In this document: positions 13,871-24,934 of the stretch, in pieces
Layout: the number at the start of each line of letters is the position of its first letter
Numbering within the stretch: position 1 is the stretch's first letter
Assembly: GCA_964016885.1 (NCBI GenBank)
Contig: OZ024740.1
Span: 121,520,001 to 121,584,000 of the forward strand
DNA: 64,000 nt
Origin: Eledone cirrhosa
Lineage: Eukaryota
Direction: 5' to 3'
Notes under the pieces: generated by a model
The model's input: only the letters and a program-made list of their open reading frames with translations
Databases searched by the model: none
What the model was told of the DNA's origin: nothing
Made by a program: the position numbers and the translations under genes

Positions 13871-14070
13871 AAGGCGGTGAGCTGGTGGAATCGTTAGCAC
13901 ATCTCGCGAAATGTTTAGCGGTACTTCTTCTGTTTTTACGTTCTGAGTTCACATTCCGCAGATCTCAACTTTGCCTTTCATCCTATTGGGGTCGATAAAT
14001 TAAGTACCAGCTGTGAACTGGGATCGATGTAATCGACGGGATCCTAAGCTTTGTGTCTATAGTGAAAATG
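13871..14070 (+). mobile_element. tRNA-derived SINE with 18-bp TSD
   Basis: attataactggtgaaaat at 13853-13870 and 14071-14088; same core as the 3147 copy. Confidence 0.9.
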
Positions 14071-14203
14071 ATTATAACTGGTGAAAATCATCACCCACCA
14101 CGTTTGGCCCAGTGCCTCTCGTCCAGGACGTAATGGCCCTTTTACGTCCTTCAGGTTGAGACCCCTCTTCTACATACACACACACACATATATATATATA
14201 TAC

Positions 14204-14458
14204 ACTTTACTTTTGTTCTGTCTCTGGACTACACCCATGCTGGAGCATCACCTTGGTAAGTTATGTGGACGTCAACAAACCAACAAGCATTCATGGGAGG
14301 GCAAAGACAAAGGCAAACACACAGACATACATACATATATACGATGGGCTTCTTTTAGTTTCGGTCTATCAAATCCACTCAAAGGACTCTGGTCGGCCCG
14401 GGCAGTGGGACTGAACCCGGAGACGTGTGTTTGGGAAGCAAGCTTCTTGTCACACTGA
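14204..14458 (-). mobile_element. Second SINE family (octopus-type), degenerate
   Basis: Minus-strand tRNA-like head with B-box gggttcagtccc; body resembles octopus SINE sequence as recalled. Confidence 0.6.
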
Positions 14459-14524
<66 letters not shown>

Positions 14525-14751
14525 GTGCATGTGTGTTATCAAGTTAATGAAAATAAAAAGAACAAAGTCAAGTTACTTTATAACTTTGTTTTTATTTTTA
14601 TTGTTAAATTAATACCTAATATCTGACTCTATATCTAAAGAATTAATTCAGCGAGACACAGAACTTCCCTATGATTTTAGAAGATTACATTGAGTCCTAT
14701 CTACGGTACGGACGCTACCACCAGGGGTAGAACAGACTGAAACAAGAATAA

Positions 14752-14792
<41 letters not shown>

Positions 14793-14991
14793 CTGTGTGT
14801 GTGTATTATATATATATATATATTTGACATCGACAGCTATTACGCTTCAATAACCCCGGAACTGCTCAAGAAAGCATTAACCCTAGCCAGCACCAACTCG
14901 GACATAACTAATAATTCCTAGGCATACCATCAATGAATTCAACGGAGAAATCTGGACTAGAAAAGATAGAACAGACAGCTTTGACATCACG

Positions 14992-15930
14992 ATGGGCTCA
15001 AGTGACTCTGCGCAAATCACCGATTTACTTGGAATTTACCTATTACATAACATCAGAGCCGAAATCCAACCCTTGCAAGGCGGAATATACAGGGACGATG
15101 CCCTATTTGCAGTCCACAATTGCACTAATCGGGGCATTGATTTGCTAAAAAAACAATTACATAGATTCTTTAAAAATAACGGTCTCTTTATCACCATCGA
15201 GCCGAACCCAAAAGTAGTAAACTACCTAGACGTCACCCTTGATCTCAACAATAACCTATATTACCCTTACCATAAACAAGGTGAAATGCTCATATATATT
15301 AGCCCACACTCTAACCACCCACCGGCAGTCATCAGAGCAGTAATCAAATCTATCTCGTATAGGATCTCCATGCTATCAGCAAATGAGGAGATATTTATAA
15401 ACCATGCACAATATTATAATAAGGCTTTTTCTGAATCTGGTTATGAACAATCCATTTATTACATACCTAAATGCCATAACACAGCAATTCACCATAACAA
15501 ACTTAACACTAGAACTAGAAATACCGTAGCATATAGCAAGATTCGCCGGAATTTTAGCAGTAACAGCACCTATACAGGGAAGTTTAATGGTGGCAGTGGC
15601 CTGCTCCCCACTCCAAGTAGCAAACTAAAAATCAACCCGAGAATAGGAATGAGAAATGGGATGACAAATAACAAATCCCCATGTAATAATAACCCTAGGA
15701 AGGCCACTACCAACTCCACTAGAATCTCTAGAAGGAATAGACCTATAAATATCACCTGGCTTAACCCCCCATTCTCAACTAATCTAGCTACTAATATCCC
15801 TAAACGCTTAAACTCTATCATATCTAAACATCCCCCCCCCCCCCCCCCCGCAAAAAAAAAATATATATATATTAAAAACTCTTTAATAAAAATAACCTTA
15901 AGATCTCATTCTCCACAACACCTAACCTAG
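14992..15930 (+). pseudogene. PLE reverse transcriptase core and thumb
   Basis: YRDD catalytic motif; frameshift near the C/A homopolymers at about 15832-15861. Confidence 0.9.
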
Positions 15931-16937
15931 ATAGCCACATCGCATTCAGCAACCATCATAAACTAAGACAGTATAACTCCCACACCGCGGCACCACCACC
16001 ACTATCAAATACACCACGCCATTACACCATTACTTACTCTAGTCGCACACATCCCCCATCTAATCCTTCTAGCACTCACCAACCGCTTAGGCTAAACTAC
16101 CCTACTCTCTCTAACTGCAGAAGCAACTGCAACTGCCGTTACCCTAATGTATGTCCATTAAATGGACACTGCCTGACACCCAACATAGTCTATAGGTGCA
16201 CGGTTAAAACAGATTCGAATACCAGCTCTTATATCGGGTCTACCGCTAACCGTTTTAAGGTACGCTATAACGCCCACTCTTTTTCCTTCCGAGACCCTAG
16301 CAACAGATGTTCGACATCTCTAGCTAGGCTCATTAAAAACATTAAATCAAGCAACATTGAACACTCACTAAAATGGGATATCGTAGCTAGGGCCCAACCG
16401 TTCAATGGACGAAGAAAATCTTGTGATCTCTCTATTACGGAAGCATATTACATAACTCTATCACGACCTCTACCGATTAACGATAGAACGGAGGTAACTA
16501 TTAGCTGTCAACATCGAAGGGCTAATTCCTTCACTAATATAATATTTGACCCAACATAGTCATCTAGCCCCATTTTTACTTGTAGCTAATAAGTTAAATA
16601 GCTATAACTAACTTAAATAATTCTAAGTTACCTCCACTACATTGTCTCTCAATTAAAACATTTAAAAATTAGCACTTAACTATAAACTACCCGCAATTTC
16701 TAATCTCTCGAGGAGTTACTTCCCCTGAAACCACCCTCTAATTAGTAAGGTAAATATGTCCTTTGGCGGCCATATTGTTACGCATAGGCAGATATCACAG
16801 AATGCAGCCTCGACAGATGAATACTGCTTGATTATGGCTGACAATTGATACAACCTGGACACCATAGTGAAATACCAATATATGGAACATTACATTATGT
16901 AACATTCTCTCCTTATTTTAATTTATATTCCTTTGAA

Positions 16938-17055
16938 GTTCTGATGAGCCACTCTGTTTTAAATATGTTAATTATTTTCAACTGAACCAGATCAAAAATG
17001 ATATATAGTCACCTGATCCAGAAATATTATATGGAGTAGCGAAACAATTGTAAAC
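16938..17055 (+). ncRNA. Hammerhead motif in PLE 3' pLTR with long stem II
   Basis: gtt-CTGATGA-gccactct...ggagtagc-GAAA-caattg-TA-aac. Confidence 0.8.
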
Positions 17056-17077
17056 GGACATTATTTTTATTAATATT

Positions 17078-17200
17078 ATTCTGAGTTCAAATCCCACCGA
17101 GGTTAACTTTGCCTTTCCTCCTTACGGGTTCGATAATATAAAGTACTAGTAATGTACTGAGTAATTGCTGGCCTTGTGCCTGAAGTAGAAAGAATTATTA
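17078..17200 (+). mobile_element. 5'-truncated SINE
   Basis: B-box, core and tail as in the 3147 copy. Confidence 0.85.
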
Positions 17201-17480
17201 TTAATATTATTATTATTATTCTCTACATTCCTTACATCAAACTAAAATATGTTGACAATCTTTTAATAATGTATTCTTGTGAAATTTGTGGTCTTGTTTT
17301 GCTTAACTAATAAATATTTCCAGTTCTGCGCGCCTAACTTCTGCATGAACCCAGCCACCTAGTTGCTTTCTACTGCATATTGCACATTGAGCACATGCCT
17401 TTACGCTTTGGCTTCTAACTAATTCGCCAATCTCTCCTCTCCTATCTCCATCTCTCTCTTTAATATTGGTTACTGTTGAA

Positions 17481-17519
<39 letters not shown>

Positions 17520-17642
17520 GGAGGTGAGTTTTATTGTAGTACAATAAAGCAATGCAGATATCGGATAAGAAGCACTCTACAGTTTGTAGGACTGGAGTAT
17601 GCATAATATAAGATCAAAAGATGGTTAAAGGAGTTCCATGTA

Positions 17643-17709
17643 TTTTATTATGCGCATTTCAAAAACAAACATCATCATGCAATAATATTTGTGTTTTCAT
17701 CAGATAAAA
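17643..17709 (-). ncRNA. Type I hammerhead ribozyme motif
   Basis: Reverse complement of the motif at 17838-17904. Confidence 0.85.
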
Positions 17710-17837
17710 CAGGAGATCATGATATGAAGGCTAAAAAACACTTGTGGATAGTGCAGTTTTAAATCAACATATGGATATGTTGATTTAAAACTGCACTATC
17801 CACAAGTGTTTTTTAGCCTTCATATCATGATCTCCTG

Positions 17838-17904
17838 TTTTATCTGATGAAAACACAAATATTATTGCATGATGATGTTTGTTTTTGAAATGCGCATAAT
17901 AAAA
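17838..17904 (+). ncRNA. Type I hammerhead ribozyme motif
   Basis: ttttat-CTGATGA-stem II-GAAA-tgcgca-TA-ataaaa. Confidence 0.85.
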
Positions 17905-17936
17905 TACATGGAACTCCTTTAACCATCTTTTGATCT

Positions 17937-18005
<69 letters not shown>

Positions 18006-19041
18006 CATATATTTACCTATGTATATAGCTATGCATTTATACATGTGTATATATACATGCATTATATTTATGTGTGTCAGGATGTGACATGATTTATATT
18101 TGTTTGTTTTTTGGTAATGAGACAATTTTGCCTCCTGACTTTATTACCTAGCGAGAGTAAATACCACAGGCTCTGTACTGAAAGCTGACCAGGTTCTCAA
18201 CCTCATCCAACACCAGCGCCGGCCTGTCTGTGTATGTTTGTGTGTATGATTGCACCTTTCATCACCATTGCTTCTTTATCTTGTCGTGATTTTTAACTGT
18301 TGTAAATGTTGACGTTGTCCTCATTTCATTTTCTTTGATTTCCTTCGTATCTCTTTCATCTACCTAGGGAATTCGCTGACAAGCTTCTTTTATTTATTTT
18401 CTTCGTTTTCTTCATTCAAATGCATTCACACTGGCTGTCTCACAGACTTACAAATATGGCTTATAAAACTTAACTAAGTAAATAGCCTAGCGCCCCGCAA
18501 AGCTTCAACGGGCCCCTTAACACCCCTTGTCCAAAACGCCCCCCAGGAGATCCGAAACACCCTATGAGGCGGGGGGCGTATGCCCCCGTTTGAGAACCTT
18601 TGATCTAGACAAAAGAAAAGAATTTTTAGGTGCATACCATTATGTTTGGTTGCTAAAAACTGCCCTAACTAACTGACTTGATTCCAGGACAACTGACTAA
18701 AGAAATTCAATAGAATTAGTATTGGATTGGTAAGACTGCATCTGACTAATGCGAGGAAGGTAATCGTACTGACGCTTGAATTAGTTTATTCTGAATCATA
18801 TACCAACAGTTCTTTGAGAAAACTATACCATTCTTTGGGACTTGGCATATCAATTGATCGAAACAATAGAGGTATAATTTGTTCCATCATTATGTTTTTC
18901 TGGGTTTTTTTCTGTTCAAGTACTAGCTGTCTGATGAAGTCATAGATGTTCCAAATTACTCCGGAGTAAATAGACCCACATTCGCACTTAGTTTAGTGGT
19001 CCACGCTGCATACAGAAGTGTAGGTAACTTAACAACACATA

Positions 19042-19094
<53 letters not shown>

Positions 19095-19224
19095 TTATTT
19101 GTGTGTATGTGTGTCTGTGTGTGTGTGTGTGAATGTGTGTGTGTCTGATGGTAGCTAAGATGCTTCCATAGGCGGTATGCCGGTTGAGAACTCTATGCTC
19201 TTACAGAGCAGAGTATGAGAGAAT

Positions 19225-19543
19225 AGAAAACGAAAAATCAGTGATGCATCTGAACTCAATTTATTGTGTGTTACAATTGTTTCGCCGGCGGACAGCTCGA
19301 GACGCAATCATTGTGTGGATCTGTCTGATTCTGGATCCGCGGGTTCGACCAACACGTCAAATGATTTCGGAGCATATTCTCCCTGAGAGAATATGATCCT
19401 AAATCATTAGACGTGTCCGTCGAACCTGCGAGTCCAGAATCAGACAGATCCACACAATGATCGCATCTCGAGCTGTCCGCCGGCGCAACAATTGTAACAC
19501 ACAATAAATTGAGTTCAGATGCATCGCTGATTTTTCGCTTTCT
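19225..19543. mobile_element. Palindromic PLE pLTR-like insertion with only the 3' half of a hammerhead
   Basis: Arms about 155 bp around loop cctga (19382-19386); G(A/C)AA-caattg-TA-acac in each arm. Confidence 0.75.
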
Positions 19544-19586
19544 TATATATGTATATAAGTAGTAACACAACAGTTAGTTCACCATA

Positions 19587-19627
19587 CCGAGAACAATTGT
19601 TTCACCTTATGCGGATCTTCAGCTCGG
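19587..19627 (-). ncRNA. Minimal hammerhead ribozyme motif
   Basis: Minus strand reads ccgag-CTGAAGA-t-cc(gcataa)gg-t-GAAA-caattg-TT-ctcgg. Confidence 0.8.
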
Positions 19628-20302
19628 ATTGGTAATGGTTATACGGAACAGGATGAACAACCGTATAAACTCGCATGCTCTCTTGCCGAAAGCCTGAAGC
19701 TTGTCCTCTTCAACAGCAATGCAACACATCTGCTGTAGTTTAGGAAGCTGTGGTCACTTCAAACCGACCAAATAAACCACAGGAAGTCAAATCCTATGTG
19801 GGTCTGGCGGAGGGCCGATTTAAGGAACGCTTCTTCCTGAACCACCAGTCGACATTTAGTTACCCGGACAGACGTTCATCCACGAAACTCGCGAGCCAAG
19901 TATGGTCCCTCAAGGACTCAATTATAGACTACTCCATTCAATGGAAAGCCATTACTAAGTCCATGCCATACGCAAGGGGAAATCCGTCGTGTGGACTATG
20001 GAATTGATGAACGAATAAATATTCTAAAGAGATTATGCAATATCGATTGCCTAAACATGAAAAATGAATTCTTCACACGTTGTCCACACGTCTCGAAACA
20101 CCTCTTACGTAACTGCAAAGCTCCGGGTTGAATTACAACAACATTCTAATTTTCTAATGAACTCGAAAATTTTGTTCCGGACACTCGCACTTATCTCCTT
20201 ACAATTTTCGCCGGTGGTTTTGCATTGCTTGGGTGAAGTGATCGTTTCAGCGCATGCGCGTTTATACGGTTGTTATTCGTGTTCCGTATAACCATTAATA
20301 TT

Positions 20303-20343
20303 CCAAGCTGAAGATCCGCATAAGGTGAAACAATTGTTTTCTG
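20303..20343 (+). ncRNA. Hammerhead motif with eroded stem I
   Basis: ccaag-CTGAAGA-tccgcataaggt-GAAA-caattg-TT-ttctg. Confidence 0.6.
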
Positions 20344-20740
20344 TATAGTGAACAAACTGTTGTGTTACTACTTCTACCAAATTCGCCCTATTGACTGAGT
20401 GCTCTACCACTACCGATATTACCTTCTCGTGTTCTACCTCTCACCCCCCTCTCTCTCTCTCTCTCGCTCTCTCTATATATATATTCATATATATATATAA
20501 ATATATATATATATAGTCTGTTTCTAGCTGCTTGGCGTTTATCAAAACCACACAATCCACTGCCTCCGCCGAAAATTATAGAAATCGCCTTCTTATAGAA
20601 TTCCATTAATAATCATACGTTATATTGCAAAATAAACTATTCATACATTCATGTATAGTTCGCTATTTCAGACCAACTATACTAATACCTAATTTTTGCT
20701 GAACCGAAAATCGCTCTGTATAATCAACATAATATGTAAT

Positions 20741-20827
20741 ACAGTTTACAACAAGCTGCAATACTTATTGTCACTTTATACGACAGTTTACAAAAAGCTG
20801 CAATACTTATTGTCACTTTATACGACA
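20741..20827 (+). repeat. 42-bp tandem duplication
   Basis: acagtttacaa(c/a)aagctgcaatacttattgtcactttatacg occurs twice. Confidence 0.9.
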
Positions 20828-20967
20828 CCCTTTATACACTCTGCAAACGACACCCGTCTTAAATCTGCAGCACCACCTAACCAGAGACGGACACGGTAAG
20901 AGCATCGTGTGCTTCGACTAACGTTGTAGCTATAACTACAAGTTACGTACCCAATAGCATATAAATT

Positions 20968-21073
<106 letters not shown>

Positions 21074-21142
21074 GAAAAAGAGATGAAATCGAAAATGCAA
21101 CTGAAGTCTATTTTTTTTTTAAATATATATATTTATTTGGTT

Positions 21143-21180
21143 CCTTTACCGGTTTCGCAGTTCTTCTGCTTTTCAAAAGG
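21143..21180 (-). ncRNA. Minimal hammerhead motif, U3-A8 core variant
   Basis: Minus strand reads cctt-TTGAAAA-gcag(aagaa)ctgc-GAAA-ccgg-TA-aagg; all three stems are intact. Confidence 0.75.
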
Positions 21181-21284
21181 TGAGTTGAGATGGAGGGTCT
21201 GTGGTTTTTCTCACATATATATATATATATAAAGATTTACATATACACCAATTAAACAAAGTCATGGATATATATGTGTGTTTT

Positions 21285-22239
21285 GGTATGTATATAAGCA
21301 TTTCTAACTTTAATTTTATACCTAATTGTGTATGGTTGACCGTATATTTAATTGATTTTCACGTGCTGTTGAAATGTTGTGTAAAATTCTATAGCGGTTG
21401 GCCGCGAAGAGGCTGCTATCGTTTATTTATTTACTGTTTATCCATAGGTGCCTTTTAATCTTATAGCCTGGTCTAATTTTTTTTTTTGTGGTTAATTATG
21501 CTAATTGGGAGAAGAAATGATTAATATATATTATCAAATGATTCTATGGACATACTTTATAGTATTTTGCTCTGATTATGTAAATTATTAATTCTTCATT
21601 GAGCCACATTGTGAATGGTTGCCAAAAGACACATATATATCTATGACTTTGTTTAATTGGTGTATATGTAAATCTTTATATTTAATAATCTCCCATAAAG
21701 TTGAGATTCAATTTGGGCAATATTGGGCTGCGCTTTCTAACAACAAACCCACTCGCCGTAAGCAACCAATCACACTCTTTCTGACTTCACCATTGCCACG
21801 ACACAATTCTTAGCCATTTTGAATTCGTGTTTGGCGGGAGCCACTTCAGAAAATAATCTGTCCTAGCGAGTTTGTCTCCTAACGAGTTCGAAGCTCGAGA
21901 TTTATCCTTAATAGGATATCTCAAAATGCAAACGACCCCAAGAGTAGGGACATTATCCTGGTATGTATATAAGCATTTCTAACTTTAATTTTATACCTAA
22001 TTGTGTATGGTTGACCGTATATTTAATTGATTTCCACGTGCTGTTGAAATGTTGGGTAAATATTCTATAGCGGTTGGCCCCCAAGAGGCTACTATCGTTC
22101 ATTTATTTACTGTTTCTTAATAGGTGCCTTTTAATCTTATAGCCTGGCCTAATTGATTTTTTGTGAGGTTAATTATGCTAATCGGGAGAAGAAATGATGT
22201 ATATATATATTATCGAATGATTCTATGGAATACTTTATA

Positions 22240-22243
<4 letters not shown>
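21285..22243. repeat. About 280-bp direct repeats plus an adjacent 59-bp inverted repeat
   Basis: 21285-21565 matches 21960-22243; 21228-21286 is the reverse complement of 21622-21680. Confidence 0.85.
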
Positions 22244-22280
<37 letters not shown>

Positions 22281-22290
22281 CATATATGTA

Positions 22291-24476
22291 TAAAATTGAA
22301 AATGTAGAGAATAACATGGTCAACAGTACAAAAAGGGGAATTTATTGACGGTCTAACAATTGTTTCTCTGATAAAGTTGTGTAAAGCAGTGCCACTCAAT
22401 TTCAAATACAATTTCAAATACTTAAGGCAGGCCATAAAGAGAGACTCAAATACCTACCAGATACAAAAATAACAAGACACTTAATATTAATAACACTATC
22501 CACACGTATAGAAGCAGCAGTTTTATGACTAAATATAGAAAGTGGCAACAAGCACGTAAATTAAATGAACAGAATACTCATATAAAGACCACTAATAACT
22601 CGAGAAGATGCAGAAATAGAAACTACTTATGGTTCAATCCAATGTTTGACTCCTCTATAAAAACAAAACTACCTTACACTTTCTTCAAATTGGTTGACAA
22701 ACACTTCCATAAATTCATAAATATCATAAAATCTTTAATAGAAAAACTATCAAACTATCATACTACACTGCCAACAATATAGAATCGCACATACATAACA
22801 TTAACTATAAAATAATTTATAATACAAGTAGCCCGCAAATAAGTACCATAACACCAAATACAAGTCATAAGCATATATCATCATCACAACCAAACACACA
22901 TCAGAACACATCACCACAATACATCAACAAACCCAATTCTCAACCCATACATAACAACCTACAAACAACATATCGAAGAACCGGCACATAAAAAAGCATC
23001 TAAATGTAACTGCCATCTACCTGACAAATGCACTTTACAAAATAGATGCCTAGAGACAAATATAGTATACCTATTTACTATAGATTCAGGTAGCTTAGCA
23101 TGGAATTACATTGGTTCCACAGTTAGGGAGTTTAAGAAAAGGTGGTACGTCCACAGTTACTCTATGATTAACAGGAACCTCTCAAACACAACAACTCTCG
23201 CCAATAATATCTGGTAACTCAAGAATGAAAACAACGAATATAAAATCAGCTGGACGAAGCTATCAAATTGTTATGTACCACCGCGGTCTCTGTAATATGG
23301 AACTTTTCTAAATTTTAAATTACAACAAAATGCTTCTTAACAGTAAAATAAAAAAAATTGTTTTCTTTGGGCATAGGTCGGCAACCAAATTTGAGAACTT
23401 TAGACCAGCTTAATTTCATCTTATCTATTCCATAAGCCTAATTATACCACTTAGATCTATTATAATATCACATCATCATCATTATTATTATAAGAATTAT
23501 CATCTATCAATGAACAACATCAAAACCTCTTATATTTACATTCTTATTTTATATATCTCTATCTTTCTCTCTCTATCTTTATATTTCTTTCCCTAAATTT
23601 ATTTCATCTCTGGCATTTTATTTTCATATATTTTACTATATAATATAACTTACAACTAATTAATTTATTTATTTATTAAAATAACCAATACACACATAAA
23701 TATATTTAACATTATCATATGTATACCTTCATGTATCTCTGTGTATTGTAGCCATTCTCAAAAACCACTCTCAATAATCTTAATATGTTTAAATTTTCTT
23801 CGCATATTTTTACTTTTTTACTTATTTATTTTAATATTTTAATATTTTCAATTTTCGTTTTTCACATTTTATACCTTTTTATATCAAATTAGATATAATT
23901 TATTTATTTATTTATTTATATATTTATTATTATTTTTATTTACATTTATGCATGTATTAACGTTTATTCATTTATTGTTGATATCATTATTTTCCCTCTA
24001 TTTTACTTTCTCTCCTACGTTATTTCTCCTCATGTTTTTTTCTTCTCTTTCTACCATCACTTTTACATATATTTTCTTCTCTCTATATTTTTCTCTGTAT
24101 TCATTTCTCTTTCTTCCTCTTCTTTCTGTGTTTCTTTTTCTTTTTCTTTTTTCTTTTTCTTTTTCTTTTTCATTTTCTTTTTCTCTTTTTTCTTTTTCCT
24201 TTTCCTTTATTTCTCTTCTGTATCTATCTCCCTTTCTTTCTCTTTCTTTCCCTATATCTTTATTATTAATATTATTATTGATGATGTAAATCGAATTAGT
24301 AAATTTGCCGGTTATATATATATTTATAATACTTTCTGAAGATCTGATCGAGCTAGCACTGTATTTGAAAGTGTTCAATAATTTTTAGACAACATTTTAG
24401 AAACAATTGTTAGACTGTAAATAAATTCCACTCTTTTTACATTTGGACCATGCTATTCTCTACTTTTTCAATTTTA
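22291..24476 (+). mobile_element. Degenerate Hydra-type PLE 3' part with inverted pLTR
   Basis: WFNPMF...FFKLVDKHF; CNC-x5-C-x5-C at about 23004-23050, then IVY...NYIGSTVREFKKRWY.H; arms 22291-22412 and about 24358-24476. Confidence 0.85.
24333..24414 (+). ncRNA. Degenerate hammerhead motif
   Basis: ttt-CTGAAGA-tctgat...GAAA-caattg-TT-aga; the inverted left arm retains atcaga, which would close stem II. Confidence 0.55.
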
Positions 24477-24678
24477 TTACACAAAAATTAACTTACATAG
24501 GAATACAAGAGAAATCATAAACTCGTCATTACGTAAACATCTTGTTGAGTCAATCAACGCCGTACGCTAAAACTATCCATGAGAGGAAGTATTCACAACC
24601 TTTAACTGGATTACCTATAACGATATTTTGTTATCCCTTACACACACACACACACAAACATATATATATATACATATG

Positions 24679-24799
<121 letters not shown>

Positions 24800-24934
24800 A
24801 TTGTTTCTATCTAGGCACAAGGCCAGCAATTACCCTGTGCATTACTGGTACCTTATTTTATATATTATAATAATAATAATAAAATGTGGAGAGGAGGCAC
24901 ACGAGTTAGGATATATATATATATATATATATAG

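Larger units (their letters stand above)
14823..17070 (+). mobile_element. 5'-truncated Penelope-like element, Hydra-type (RT, C-terminal GIY-YIG, pLTR with hammerhead)
   Basis: FDIDSYY, MGSSDSAQI, GIYRDDAL, YLDVTLDL, SNHPP, WLNPPFS; CNC-x5-C-x5-C followed by IVY...SYIGSTANRFKVRY..H at about 16128-16290; starts right after (TA)n. Confidence 0.9.
17516..17944. mobile_element. Palindromic PLE pLTR-like insertion between two (TA)n tracts
   Basis: 17603-17944 is an essentially perfect palindrome with a gg loop at 17773-17774; left arm extends to 17516. Confidence 0.9.
12898..18602. mobile_element. hAT (Charlie/Buster-type) DNA transposon shell containing nested insertions
   Basis: TIRs caaagtttctcaa (12898-12910) and ttgagaacctttg (18590-18602) match 12/13; identical TSD atctagac at 12890-12897 and 18603-18610 fits the NTCTAGAN preference; GC-rich cgcccc subterminal motifs at both ends. 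Confidence 0.85.
19557..20373 (+). mobile_element. Hydra-type PLE 3' fragment (GIY-YIG) bracketed by inverted pLTRs
   Basis: ORF 19750-20007 SYVGLAEGRFKERF..H..TF...STKLASQVWSLK; inverted arms 19557-19677 and 20252-20373. Confidence 0.88.

Noticed and set aside
20741-20827. Repeat pair as a CRISPR array
   Set aside because: Simple tandem duplication without spacers, in eukaryotic DNA
23948-24378. Hydrophobic and charged ORFs on opposite strands
   Set aside because: Pyrimidine-rich low-complexity tract within a PLE 3' region
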